From: Gordius albopunctatus
Lineage: Eukaryota
Length of the DNA: 64,000 nucleotides
Assembly (NCBI GenBank): GCA_964276515.1
Contig: OZ193910.1
Location: forward strand, 6,758,001-6,822,000
Direction of reading: 5' to 3'
This document shows, piece after piece, positions 12,253-24,616 of this stretch (position 1 is its first letter; each line of letters begins with the position of its first letter). The position numbers and the translations under genes were made by a program. Under the pieces are notes generated by a model, which did no database searches, was not told the origin of the DNA, and saw only the letters and a list, made by a program, of their open reading frames with translations.

Positions 12253-14465
12253 CCTACGTGCCCCCTATGTATTCTTTGGAATACGGCTCCTCTTAACCTA
12301 GCCGGAATTAATATTGGTCGCCCATTGTAAAATATTATGTTTTTGCCTCGTTTAATTTGGGCAGGTGTTTTTCGTAAGAGCGTTTTAGCCCATAAGTGAC
12401 GATCGTGTTTTTTTTGCCTCTTATTTACTTTTGTAACTGACGTAGCCCTAGATCATCCAAGGTGTGTTGTCTCACCACGTCCAATGATATAAATGGATTT
12501 GAAGAGTCTTCTGGCATTTCCTCCCTAACATGATACGCGTGTTCGTTCGGTTTTTCTGGACAAGAAATTTGCCGCTTTATTGGATCCCTTGCTATACACA
12601 AACTTGGTCGTGTAACCTGATACGATGAGAGCCCCATTCCTTGACCCTTTTCCTTTGGTTAAAAATATATATTAGTGGTCTATGATCCGTCATAATAGTC
12701 ACGCTCGTCCTTGTATATATTCATTAAATATATTTAGCCCATAGACCACCGCCAGCGCCTCCCCTTTAATTGTCGAATATCGGCTTTCACTATCGCTTAA
12801 CACTCTTTAAGCATAGGATACCACTCTCCAATTATTCCTGGTGCTCGTTGTTGTAAGATAGCCCTTAAGCCTGTATCCAAGACGTCTACGTCCAGGCCTA
12901 TCTCCAAATCTCGATTACAGTATGCTAGCACGGGGGCTTTAGTAAGCGCGGACTTGATACCGTCAAAAGCAACTTGTTGTTCTCCACCCTAGTGGTAGAT
13001 CACGTTTTTTCATGAGTTTCTGAATAGGGTGCACGATTTTTGCGTAATATTTTATGAAATTCGAAAAATGTGATGTTAACCCAAGAAACGATTTTATTTC
13101 ATTTTTGTTTGTTAGGATCTTCCATTGCGTAACTAATTTTTTTTTGTTAAAAAGTTTATTTTCAAGAAAAAAAGTCTTTATTACTGTTGATTTGAATCCC
13201 CTTGTTACTAATTAAGTATCCCAAACATGTTACTTCCCTAGCCCACAAGATGCTTTTGGTTATGTTTGACACGAACCCCCACTTTTGTAACGTTTCTAGT
13301 ACCTTGAGTAACCGCTCTTTGTGGTCTTCTTCAGTTTACCCTGCTATTAGTATATCGTCGACGTATACCGCTACTCCCTCCATCTTATTCTTTATCAGTT
13401 CTTAGGTCCCATAGTAGTGGGGTTTGTTTTGATAAGTTTCTTCCATTTTGACCGGGTGAGTGCCATATCTTGACTAATCTCTTTTGTTTTCATTACTTTA
13501 TTGACTTGGCCTTTACACGTGACACGGGGTCGTCCACTTCCTCTCTTCCCCGCTACCTCCATGTCCAGTACTTTATGATTTAGGTTATTCGTGTCCCTTC
13601 TTAGTATATGCCCATACCACCTTAGCCGATTTTCGTTAATCATGTCCGCCATAGGTTTAATACCCATTTTTGTCATGAGAAAGTCATTCGTCATATGGTC
13701 GAGCTTAGTATACCCCAAGCTCCACCCTATCATTCTCATCTCTGTGGCTTGTAGTAGCTTTTCCGTGGTGTTTAATGCCCATGTTTCACTTCCATAGAGT
13801 AACACCGATCTTACAATGGATTCGTAAGCTTTGCTCTTCAACCATATTGGCATTTTCTTGTCACACATTACACCGAATATACTTCGACATTTAATCCATC
13901 CTTTTTGGATCCGAGCATTTCTGTTGCGCAACCTCCCTCGATGTAGCATCGAGCCGAGGTATGTAAACCTGTCTACTTTTGGCTACTTTCATCCAGCAAT
14001 GGGCTGTATGTACCGTACATTTCTATATATACCGTTTTTCGATCGTTGACCTTTAAATCTTATCCAGCTAAGTGCTTTGACCACTTTTCAACTTCTTCGA
14101 AAACTTTCTCCTTTGTTTCCTCACATAGTAATATATCATCGACGTATAGCATACACCATGGCGATGGCTTTTGAATGTCTCTCGTTATCTTGTCTTGAAT
14201 TATATTAAATAAAAACGGACTTAAAGCAGAGCCTTGATGTAATCCAATTTTAACCCTAAAAAGTTTAGAGTCTCCAACTGTCGTCCTAACGCAAGAGTTT
14301 GAGGCTTCATAATTATTTTTCCTAAGCCGTATATATGCGTCAGGATATTTTGTTTTCTCAGGCACCACTATATTAAATCGGGGGGGGGGACCGTGTCATA
14401 AGCTTTCTCCAAGTAGATAAAGACCATATGTAAGTATTTTCTCTTTTCACTATATTTATCCATAA

Positions 14466-15603
14466 GGATGTTATTTAAATGCTCAGTAAAAAAATCAAAA
14501 ATGCTCAGTATTTTATTAATGTGCTCAGTAACAAATTCAAAAATGCTCAGTTAATAATCTTAATATTGCTCAGTTATAAATCCAAAATGCTCAGTAAATA
14601 ATCTTAATATTGCTCAGTTATAAATCCAAAATGCTCAGTAAATAATCTTAATATTGCTCAGTTATAAATCCAAAATGCTCAGTATTTTCAAAAAATTGCT
14701 CAGTAATTTTAATAAATAATAATCAAGCACTAATATTTTGTAAAAATAAAGTTAAATTGAGTTTGTGGAAGTTGAAATAGTTCATTTTGGCTAAATCAAA
14801 TAGATTGGAGACCTGATTGTTAAATTTTTAAAGGTTATAAGGTATCTTAGTGTCTTGAATTTTTTCCCTTTAAGTCCTCCCTTCTCTCCCTTCAAATAAA
14901 TAAATGGCAAGTTAAAAAAGCTATTAAAAGTAATGACCTATAATTGCCATTCTTCTGCCTTTCCCTTCTTAAATTTTACATTTTTATAATGTATTTTTTT
15001 GCAAAATAAAATTTTTATTTGAATATCATCACAAATATTTACAAATACAGTACAGATTAACAATAATAGTTAACAATTTAAAATGAATAATAGACAAATT
15101 TTGCTGGAGACAACTTTCATTTCAAAAACCTAAAATTTGTTATATAATCAATGTTAAATAATCTAAACTTACCATTACTGAACAATAAAGGCTGATTTAG
15201 TCTTTGAGGGTCTGCTTCGCTTTCTTTTTTGAGTAGTTTATGAAATTAAATTTATTTTAATTAACATATAAACAAAAATAAACCATTTTTATATCGAGCA
15301 CTTTGACTCCAGGGGTAACACGCAAGACTCTTAGTCAGATAGTCCGTGTTCGAATCTCGCTCTAGAATTTTATTTTAAAACTAGTTTTTAGTAACTTAGC
15401 GTAAATAAAAAAGTTACTGAGCAAGATTTGAATAAAAAACTGAACAAATAAATTTATTACTGAACAAATAATTAAATAACTGAACATTAAATTATTTACT
15501 AAGCATTTAATTATTCTACTGAGCATTTGTTTATTCTACTGAGCATTTGAATATTCTACTGAGCAAAAATTGAATTAAGTACTGAGCACAATAATTTGTT
15601 CTC
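14466..15603. mobile_element. Mutator/Foldback-like non-autonomous element with tandem-repeat TIRs
   Basis: 9-bp TSD TATCCATAA (14457-14465, 15604-15612). Left arm is an array of TGCTCAGT (44-bp unit x3 at about 14545-14685); right arm is an inverted array of ACTGAGCA (about 20-bp unit). Confidence 0.82.
15294..15366 (+). other. Degenerate tRNA-Lys(CTT)-like sequence
   Basis: A-box-like TGACTCCAGGGG, anticodon hairpin GACT-CTT-AGTC and B-box GTTCGAATC; no proper acceptor stem. Confidence 0.45.
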
Positions 15604-15634
15604 TATCCATAATTTGTCTTTGTGCGAAGATTGG

Positions 15635-16899
15635 TAGTGTTTCGATCTAGTCTCGTCTCGATCTCGAAACCAAAATCTCGTCTCGTCTCGGGTGGGATTA
15701 TTAGAATCTCGATCTCGTCTCGTCTCGGCCTAGAAAAATCTCGATCTCGTCTCGTCTCGACGAGAATTCTCGTCTCGTCTCGACTTTTAAAAATAATTAT
15801 AATAACATATATTTTTTTCTTATAAATTATTATATAAGGTATAAATTTGTCAAAATAGACGTATTTTTTAATTTGAATCTCAAAACAGAAGCTTGAGTAA
15901 CTTGAGGTAGGAAGCAATATAATATAGGTGTTATATACTAATTGACTCAAAGGTATAAGGCTGCTAATTAATAAATTTTATGTCCTGGGTAAGGCTCAAT
16001 AAAATAAAGTTTAATATCATCATACTTTAACATAATGAATTTATTGAAATTTTAAATAATAGAGTACAAATAATGAAAAAAATGCGAGAGTAACTTTTTA
16101 AAACATTATCATTTATAACAAGTAATTATATGAATATCGTAAATACAATAAAATAGCCATATTGTTGGAAGAACATAAAAGTTTTGATATCTTAGGTTAA
16201 TTGCACATATATAATTAAGTAACGTTTATTTAGAAAATTTAAACAATTCTATTATGGTGTGGCATCCCATTATATATAACAAAATATTGACTTAATGTAT
16301 AATAATCTTTATGATGGTAACGTTTTAGATGTCGTTGAAGACCTGAAGTATTGCTATCTGTCATTTTTATTTCTTTGGAACAGAATTTACATTTCCCCAT
16401 TTTATTTGATTCCTCTTTGGATATTGTGAAATGTTTCAGTAGCTTGTTCTTTTTTAAATTGCATGCTGGGGAAAAACTCATCGTCTAAAATTTTCATATT
16501 ATATAAGCTAAATAAATACATAATTACTTCTTCGAATAACACTATGTTAATGTTTTAAAAAGATTATACTATAAATTTGAAATTAGCGCGAAGCGGATAA
16601 TTAGGTGCGTAAGTAATTTAAAATCAAAAGTTCAAAATCATATTAATTTCATTTAATATCCTAAATTTAAATTTCATGAAATAAGTTTTTTAAATAGTTA
16701 AATTTAACTTAATAGTAAAAAATAAAAATTAAAGTCGAGATCTCGCCGATAAAATCTCGTCTCGTCTCGTCTCGTCTCGAGGTCAAAATTCTCGTCTCGA
16801 TCTCGACTCAATTTTTCAAAATCTCGTCTCCTCTCGTCTCGGTTTTTCGAGACGAGACGAGACGAGACCGAGATTTGTCTCGGTTTTTCCGCATCACTA
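15635..16899 (-). mobile_element. Non-autonomous hAT derivative, same family as 6493-7894, with a BED zinc-finger ORF remnant
   Basis: TSD AAGATTGG (15627-15634, 16900-16907); ends TAGTGTTTCG / GCATCACTA. ORF 16239-16481 reads KHF...CKFC...NTSGLQRHLKRYH. Confidence 0.92.
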
Positions 16900-17715
16900 A
16901 AGATTGGGTCGATTGTGGATTTTCCGGCCACAAATCCGAATTGACTAGCCGATATTTCCACCTCATTTTTCAGCCTTGTTACTAAAATCTTTTACATAAG
17001 CTTTAAGGAGTAGCAAGTTAGCCTGATACCTCTGTAATTGCCACAATCCTGATGGTCTCCTTTGCCTTTAAATAAGTGTATAATCGTGCCTTTTTTCCAT
17101 TGATTAGGAATTCGCTCTTCTACTAATATCTTGCTAAGGAGGTTCGTTACGGTGGTGACTCCTTAACGACATCTGAGCAACGCTTCCATAGGTATTCGAT
17201 CTGGGCCATTTGTTTTTCCTTTTTGCATCTTGTTTATTTGTGTCCTAACTTCATCTTCTTGAAAGAGTTCGTCCATATTTATATTTGGCTCAATTATGGG
17301 AAGGGAATCCTTGTCATTTGAAATATTCATAAGTTTCTTAAAATATCCTTTCCACTTTTCCATCACTTCCTTCAGCTTTAATAAGGTTTGACCCTTCTCG
17401 TTTTTGACTATTTTAAAAACTACGACATCGCGACTTTTCTTTTCCCTTATCTTGGCCAATTTGTACATATGCCTATCACCCCCTTTGTCTCCAGTTGTTT
17501 GCCATCTCGACGTATCCTTTAGCCTTTCATAGCGAATTCGAGGTTCATATACCTTCTTTCTTTCGGGAATTACTCTTCTGTAAAGATCCATAACAAGGTG
17601 ACGATGTTGCATGGCGATTTCTTCTACCGGTATTACTTTGCAATCCTTGATACTCCATAAGTCCTTTCGCCTTCGCCGTATAAGCAAATAGTAAATTTGG
17701 CTAAAATGCTTCTCA

Positions 17716-17884
17716 CATGGGTGTAGCCAGCATTGGAATTAGAGTGGGGGCAATAACGATTTAGGGAGGGGCAAAATGATAATTTTTTAAAATTTATCCA
17801 TAATTTTAAGTTTTAACAAATTTTTAGACTTAGAGGGAGGCAGTCGCTCCTCCCTGCCCCCCCCCCCCCTTGGCTACGCTCATG
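17716..17884. mobile_element. hAT MITE (CATGGGCGTAGCC family)
   Basis: TIR CATGGGTGTAGCC...GGCTACGCTCATG; TSD GCTTCTCA. Confidence 0.88.
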
Positions 17885-19687
17885 GCTTCTCACTTCTATA
17901 GGTCACAATATGATCTTCGCGTTTTTGAAAATAGGTGTTAACGATCGCACGTCATATGCTTGGGATACTTGAAGAAGTTTTTCCCCTTATTTGTTCTTCA
18001 GACCATGCCCATAGCCTCCATGATTGCGTTCATACCTGAGGCGATCTTTCCCTACGTGAGGTTTGAAATCTGCCCCAATTATTAGCCTTTCTGTCTGACC
18101 TATTACTTGTATTTCTTTTTCCAATGAATTGAAGAATATGTCTTTCTCTGTTTCCATACACCCAATTTAGGGAGCATACGCGCTAATAACGGTTAGGAGG
18201 CCTCCTTGACCTGCAATCATCACCCACATTAGGCTGTCGGAACAACGCTTGACATTCACCACCTTGTCCTTGAACGATTCGCTTCTACGATTTGGTGACT
18301 CAATGTACAATAGTTTGTAGCCTTCTCCTAACTCTCGGGCTTTGATTCCGTTCCACCTTGTCTCTTGTAGGCAGGCGATATGTGCCTTTTTTCTTTTTAG
18401 CATTTGTGCAACCTCGATGCTCTTCCCCGTTAATGTTCCAAAATTCCAGAACGTTATTCGCATTATTTCCACAACTAATTTCCTTAACCGCCTTCGTTGT
18501 GAGGAGGGCAGTAACCCTAGTGTATATTTCACATTGCACCGGCGCGGTATGCAGTCAGCGTCGTTTGTGGAGGACGCCCTAGCCTTCTCTTGTAAAATCG
18601 CTTTTAAAACTATCATAATTTTGGAGTTGGTTTTTATAGCATGCTTCCGACCTGACGCCAACCCTCCACTTTTTGCACACGGACTTGGACCAATCATAGG
18701 CTCCCTCCATGCTTCCTAATATTTGATCCATTGTTTTTTGGGAAATAGCCATGGCACAATTTAAACAGAACGGCATACGGTCATCTTTAAATAAGCCTTT
18801 GTGCGTGTAGATCGTCAATCTTTTGCTAGTCTCTGGACCTAACTCTAGCTGTAAATACGCTTTAGTTAGGTCCAGCTTAGAGAAAACAAATCATCGAATT
18901 TTGGTAAGGGGTACAATAAACCTTGTGCCTATTTATTAATTGTAAATAATTAATCAATGCATAACCGTAGACTCCCATCGCTTTTCTTTAGCTCATCTTG
19001 CGAAATTGATTGGTTGTATTACGCCGTCTCTGACCCATTTGTTCTTCTTCTTTCACTTCTTTCTTCCAAGCCATCGGCACCATTCGTGCGGCGATAAATA
19101 CGGGATCTATGTACTCTTTTAACGATACTTCCACCCTTATTCCTTTAGCTGCTTTGGGGAATTCTTTCATATGCTGGATTGCCAACTTGGTATCCTTCGG
19201 ACTTTCTACGTAATTGACCGCGAACCGTTCAGCCGCTGCTCTCGTGTTCCACCGTATTCTTTGTCAAATTTCGAGCTCAAATTAGTGGATCCAATCTATC
19301 ATGAACAACGGCGGTCCAGCTAAGTCTGCTAACAATACTCCCGTGCTTCCCAATCGCACATCGGTTTGTAGATTGGCTACGATCTTTATCTCTTCGTGGC
19401 CGTATGTGTACGCCGTCAGTACAGGCTCTTTGTTGCGTGGGATTTTCTTCGTCCATCTTCGCGCCGGTATTATCGATACGGTAGCGCCGGTATCCAATAT
19501 AAATTGGAATAATTCGTTATTAATATATACATCTAGCAAACCAAATTATGATGTAGGTCAATAAGCTATATTAATACTTAATATTTGATTGCAAACCTTA
19601 ATGTGGTGTATGTCATATAAATAGGCATACTTATGCTATTTTATATATATATTCTGAATACTAGCTAAAATACTTAATAAATAATAC

Positions 19688-19839
19688 CATGGGCGTAGCC
19701 AAGGGGGGCGACCCCTCCCCAAATGACAAAAAAATTTCAATACAAAAACTCGTAGAAATTAAAAAATTTATGTTTTGCCTCTTAATTGAACTTTAAACAT
19801 TTTCGCCCCCTTCCTAATCCAAACCTGGCTACGCCCATA
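19688..19839. mobile_element. hAT MITE (CATGGGCGTAGCC family)
   Basis: TIR CATGGGCGTAGCCA...TGGCTACGCCCATA; TSD AATAATAC/GATAATAC (1 mismatch). Confidence 0.82.
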
Positions 19840-20276
19840 GATAATACAAAATAAGTGCTAAGATCAAAAAATACTCAAAATTTTTATGGTGAAGTGTGAC
19901 TTTGTATGATTAAATTTTAACTAATATATGTAAAAAGACTATTTTAGTGTTTCTCATATTCTTATATAAGTAATATTCAATAACCAAATAGATGTAAACG
20001 TATCAGTCCTTAATCTTTTAGAAATTCATACCCATATATTTATGCGCAATAATTTATACAAATAGATAGGTAAGCAAGCTCTATTGGAAGCTTATTGAGT
20101 AATATCGAAACTGATATAAAGTCAGGATCATTAAATGTTTACTAAACACTATAATATTTTGTATTGTTGATGTGATTTATATAAAATACATATATTACCA
20201 ATAATACATATATTATCTGCATATAAAATGAGAGATAGGCAAACACTATTTCAAATTCATTTGTTAATATCGAACC

Positions 20277-22462
20277 TGTAGTGACATCAGCAGATTTCTT
20301 TTCCTAGAGGCTCGCACGCTATGACGTCGATTGACAGATCTTCCTTGGAACTTATCGATTTATTATGATCTTCTCAGAAGATCATAGAGATATTTAAGTC
20401 TTCCCAGAATAATAATCATCCTTCATGGAAGCGCATCGATTAATTAAATCTTCCACGAATATTATCGATTTTTCCAATAATAATGATTATGTATTTTATC
20501 TAATATATAAACGCAATGTGTACGCAACATAAAACAGTCTTGTAAGTTATATAATATCGGCGTTTGAATAAAACAAAGTAACTATCATTAAAAACGTTAC
20601 AATTGGTGACCCCACTTTTCGGGGGGCCAAAAAATTTTTTAATTTTTACCAACCCATCCCCCTCGAGCACTACCTTTTGGTATAATTTTCGGCATTCAAA
20701 GGATTAACCAATTATTCGTTAAAATTGCTATTCACACAACTATGCCGTACATCAAGTGGAATCATCACGCCACCAAGGAACTTAAGGGGAAACTACATAT
20801 ATTCTATACATATTCACCAACCCCCGCTACTTCTAGTTTGGACATACCTGGAATAACTCGAAAATAATATTTTTTCTTTCTTCATTTCCTCTCTCAAAAT
20901 TCGTTACGACAATTAAATGGAAACAAAAGATTTGCTATCTCTCATCACGGACCCATCCATTTTGGACAACAATATCCCAACTGTGGAAACTGTAAAACAG
21001 GAATCATCAGTATACATAAACCTTCCTGAATTCCACTCGAGGAATATTCAAATATGGATATCCCAAATATACGCTTTTTTTACAACAAGAAGGATAATTT
21101 CCCAAAAAGTAAATTATGCGTATTTATTGGTATCCCTCTCCGCGGATGTGGCCGAAGAGATATAGAAAAACTAGGTGATTTGCAATGCATCGCTACTACT
21201 ACCACCAAATCAATTACTGATGTCAAATAATCTGGGTTATCATCATAGGCACTTCGCCACCGAAAAACAACTGTTACATCTACTTTCATGACAGTATACA
21301 ATATAACTTTTTGACAGACGAGCTTCCCTACAACATACAACACTGACACACTTTTATTAGTTGGTTCGTAAACAAAAGCGATATTTTATTTTGCAAAATT
21401 TTACAAATTAATCACCACTAAATTCAGTTACCTGCAAACAATCGCAACTTCAACAATTTTACCGGGCCTAACAAATCATTTTTTCAGCGCAACTGAAAGC
21501 AGCGCAAATGGACTTTTTACTCGATTGCACTTTGCTGTCGTACTAAAAAAACGTCCACATCTTTAACCTAACCAGCTTACAATTTTATCTCACCTGGTTG
21601 GCGAACATATTAACACTCCATTAACACAAATCGTGAACCTCTAATCGATTCCGGAACTAGGATGCATCCAAATAAAATAAAATTCACGACTACTAGAACA
21701 GCTGATTTTATTTGCCAATTACGCAAACACGACACACGCCATCACATTTAACGGAGTGACCAATCTACAAATTCTAGGTGAATATTTTTTTCAAAACAAC
21801 CGGATTAACTTCAACGATCAACAAGACACATCAATTTGTGGAAAAACTAAGAAAAAACATGGCCAAAAAAAGCGAAGTAACAAATTAGACACCACCTATC
21901 GGAAACACTTTCTCTCACATAAAACGACCATGCACAAAAACCCACTTTCTTCACTTTCCTACTGCGAAATGAATTTTTTCTCGCTGACTAAACACAAAAA
22001 TCAGCAGAAACAACTATAGAGGCTAAAAATCCACAGAAAGTGACACGTAAGGGCAGATAGGTTTATTGGCCGAGAAAACTTCGCGAATATTTCACATAAT
22101 TTACATTTTTCTCCCATGTATCTGGGAAGAGAGTATCTGTAGTGACATCAACAGATTTCTTTTATTAGAAGATCGCACGCTATGACGTCGATTGAGAGAT
22201 CTTCCTTGGAACTTATCGATTTATTATGATCTTCTCAGAAGATCATAGAGATATTTAAGTCTTACCAGAATAATAATCATCCTTCAAGGAAGCGCATCGA
22301 TTAATTAAATCTTCCACGAATATTATCGATTTTTCCAATAATAATGATTATGTATTTTATCTAATATATAAACGCAATGTGTACGCAACATAAAACAGTC
22401 TTGTAAGTTATATAATATCGGCGTTTGAATAAAACAAAGTAACTATGATTAAAAACGTTACA
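20277..22462 (+). mobile_element. Non-autonomous LTR retroelement (2.2 kb) retaining only a gag N-terminal remnant
   Basis: 325-bp LTRs 20277-20601 and 22138-22462 (TG...CA, about 9 differences); TSD AACC; PBS TGGTGACCCC at 20604; PPT GGGAAGAGAG. ORF 20917-21165 (LPEFHSRNIQIWISQ) resembles gag 4154-4915. Confidence 0.92.
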
Positions 22463-22871
22463 AACCTTATATAAATTTATGATACATCAAGTGTTTGCAA
22501 ATGTATTATTTTTTATTGGTAATTCGAAAATATGTATAGGTACATTTATTACATATAAATAAATAGATATATTTATTAATATATATAATTTGAAATAACA
22601 TATGTATAATTTTTGTTATTAAAAAATGCTTATTTTACATGATTCATATAATTCTACCCATACCCTACTATATTGTAAAAAAAGATTACGCTTGCTTGTT
22701 ATAATTATAAACTTTTTACTTTTCACTCTATGTTATAATATTAAATTATATTGCAAAATATGTATTTTTACGTTAATAAATTAAATTTAAACATTTTAAT
22801 TTAAATATTCAATATTGGTGTCTCAGTAGGATTCGTTTTGAAATATTGGACTTGAATAGGATTCGGAGAAG

Positions 22872-24346
22872 CCTGACCAACCAGGCGGGTTTTCGTAAAT
22901 CCAAAACAACTACTGAACACATCCTAACCCTTAAGAACCTAATCGACATTTCTTCCAAAGCAAAACACCCCTAATCCTGACATTTGTTGACATCCATAGA
23001 GCTTTTGACTCACTCTCCCACCTCTACATATGGGAATCCTTATGCCTCATTGGTGTCCCCAAAAAAATCATTAGACTTATCTTCTATCTCTATAAGGACA
23101 TGAAAGTGGTCGTCAAACATCTGCACCACCGGTCCAACCCTATCTTAGTCAATTCTGGAGTTAGGCAGGGGTACCCACTCTCACCTCTCATATTCATCAC
23201 TGCCATGGACCTCATAATAAAGAGATCGACACTTCCATTTGACGGTATCATCTTGGGCGAACAAAAAATATCTTCCCTCTTATTCGCAGACGATCTATGC
23301 ACAGTCTCCGACTCGATCTCCAGAACTCAGAACTTTATTGACAGATTCACCATGGAGACCCAGAAAGCGGGTCTACTGAGAAACCCTAACAAATCCGATA
23401 TCCTATTAATCAATTTACCATTGCAATAAAAACCAGTTCTCATTGATAATACTCTAGTCCCCATCTCAGATTCAGTTAATTATCTTGGAGTCACTCTCTC
23501 CCACGACACATACTCCCTTTTAGACATCACGAATAAAATAGGTAAAGCCCTGAAAAAATTCTAATCGTGCTACTCTATATGGAAGTCGCATGAACTGGCC
23601 CTACCAACCCGCCTCCGCATGTTCAAAACCACTATCTTACCCATTCTACTCTACGGTTGTGAAACATGGTCTCTCAAAGGCCCGACTCTTAGAACGGCCC
23701 AAACAAAACTCAACAAAATGCTAAAGATAATATGTAATATTTTCTTCCCGGAAGTAATCAGCAACGTCAACCTCTAGACCCTTTGTAAAATCCCTCCCAT
23801 TAAAAACGTAATAATTTCTCGGAAATGGAACTTCCTGGCACATCAGTCTAGACGCAGTGGTATTAACATATGTCTAAGTTCTATTTTTTGGACACCCCCG
23901 CAATTACGAACCCTCAAATGCAGAGGAAGCTTGATTTATCAAACCTTTCAGCAACTTAGGTCCCTCAACCACGATTGGAATTCACTCCTCCCTATAATGC
24001 AGGACAGGGCGGAGTGGAAAACATTCTCTTCTTCCCACTTTCCCAAGTCGTACCCTCCCGTAACGAGATAAATACTAATTTCCGTCCTGCCTAGCACCAG
24101 ATCCCGATCACTCTGTCAAGAGAATATCGTATTCATTCTAATATATATATTTATTTTTTGACTACTAACATGCTATTCCATTTATATAGACATACACTAA
24201 ACACTAACCTACTAACAATTGAACATGTAACCTTTGGTTATCGTGGCCCGAGATGCACCGCATAGGTGTCAGATGGGACTCAATCTTAGCTTGCCGATTT
24301 AGCTAAGCTCTTGAATGTCATCGGAGCAAATACATACATACATACC
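22872..24346 (+). mobile_element. 5'-truncated non-LTR retrotransposon (RTE-like RT and C-terminus) with structured 3' end and (TACA)n tail
   Basis: QAGFR, AFDS, SGVRQGYPLSP, LFADD, YLG and PILLYGCETW motifs with stops and frameshifts. Hairpins at 24245-24330 are followed by TACATACATACATAC. Linking that tail to this element is inferred. Confidence 0.8.
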
Positions 24347-24364
24347 TTTAAATGAATTGTAAAA

Positions 24365-24616
24365 ATGTTAAGGCGCGATTTGGCAATAAAGGCTGCGACT
24401 AAAAAATCGAAATATGCCTTTTTATATGCCTTGTTATCAAGTTCCGCTGTTACACTATTTGCAATAGGCAATTATTTTGAAGACAAAAAACTTAAGCGTG
24501 AAGGACAGATGACGAATTCAGAAAAATATGTAAAAAATGCCCGGAATTTTGGAAATTTATTTAGATCCAAACCTTTGACAGAAGAATCAGAAACATTTAT
24601 TGAAGAAAATGAGTAA
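24365..24616 (+). CDS. Putative 83-aa single-pass membrane microprotein, possibly a divergent cytochrome c oxidase subunit 6C-like protein
   Basis: AAAATG start context as in IPO7; basic N-terminus, one hydrophobic segment, C-terminal G-x-x-F-x-S; not TE-like. Family call is by eye only. Confidence 0.4.
   Translation: MLRRDLAIKAATKKSKYAFLYALLSSSAVTLFAIGNYFEDKKLKREGQMTNSEKYVKNARNFGNLFRSKPLTEESETFIEENE

Larger units (their letters stand above)
13384..18700 (-). mobile_element. Apparently full-length, degenerate RTE LINE (APE + RT) with three nested DNA transposons
   Basis: TSD CTCCCTCCAT (13374-13383, 18701-18710). APE motifs WNFGTL, LQETRW, SAYAP (18167-18697); RT GLHQGSALSP and YVDD (14060-14368); C-terminal LLYGSETW and RLRWYGH (13395-13949). 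Confidence 0.92.
10290..19545 (-). mobile_element. Fragmented old Gypsy LTR element (protease-RT-RNase H-integrase plus 3' LTR) hosting nested RTE and hAT elements
   Basis: Protease FILDTGA at 19282-19539; RT pieces RMPF...MDQIL (18710-18820) and VYVDD (about 13345-13380). RNase H and integrase remnants at 10800-13100; PPT G-run 10467-10482 followed by TGTAGAG. The far LTR boundary is approximate. Confidence 0.8.

Noticed and set aside
14480..14710. CRISPR or satellite array
   Set aside because: Units are contiguous and have an inverted counterpart at 15410-15590 inside a 9-bp TSD, so they form a transposon arm.
15294..15366. Functional tRNA-Lys gene
   Set aside because: The acceptor stem does not pair and the D-arm is poor; kept only as a tRNA-like remnant.
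15603..15950. Arg/Ser-rich ORFs, also at 7665-7892, 16704-16961 and 37906-38199
   Set aside because: They derive from GAGAC/GTCTC subterminal repeats of the hAT family.
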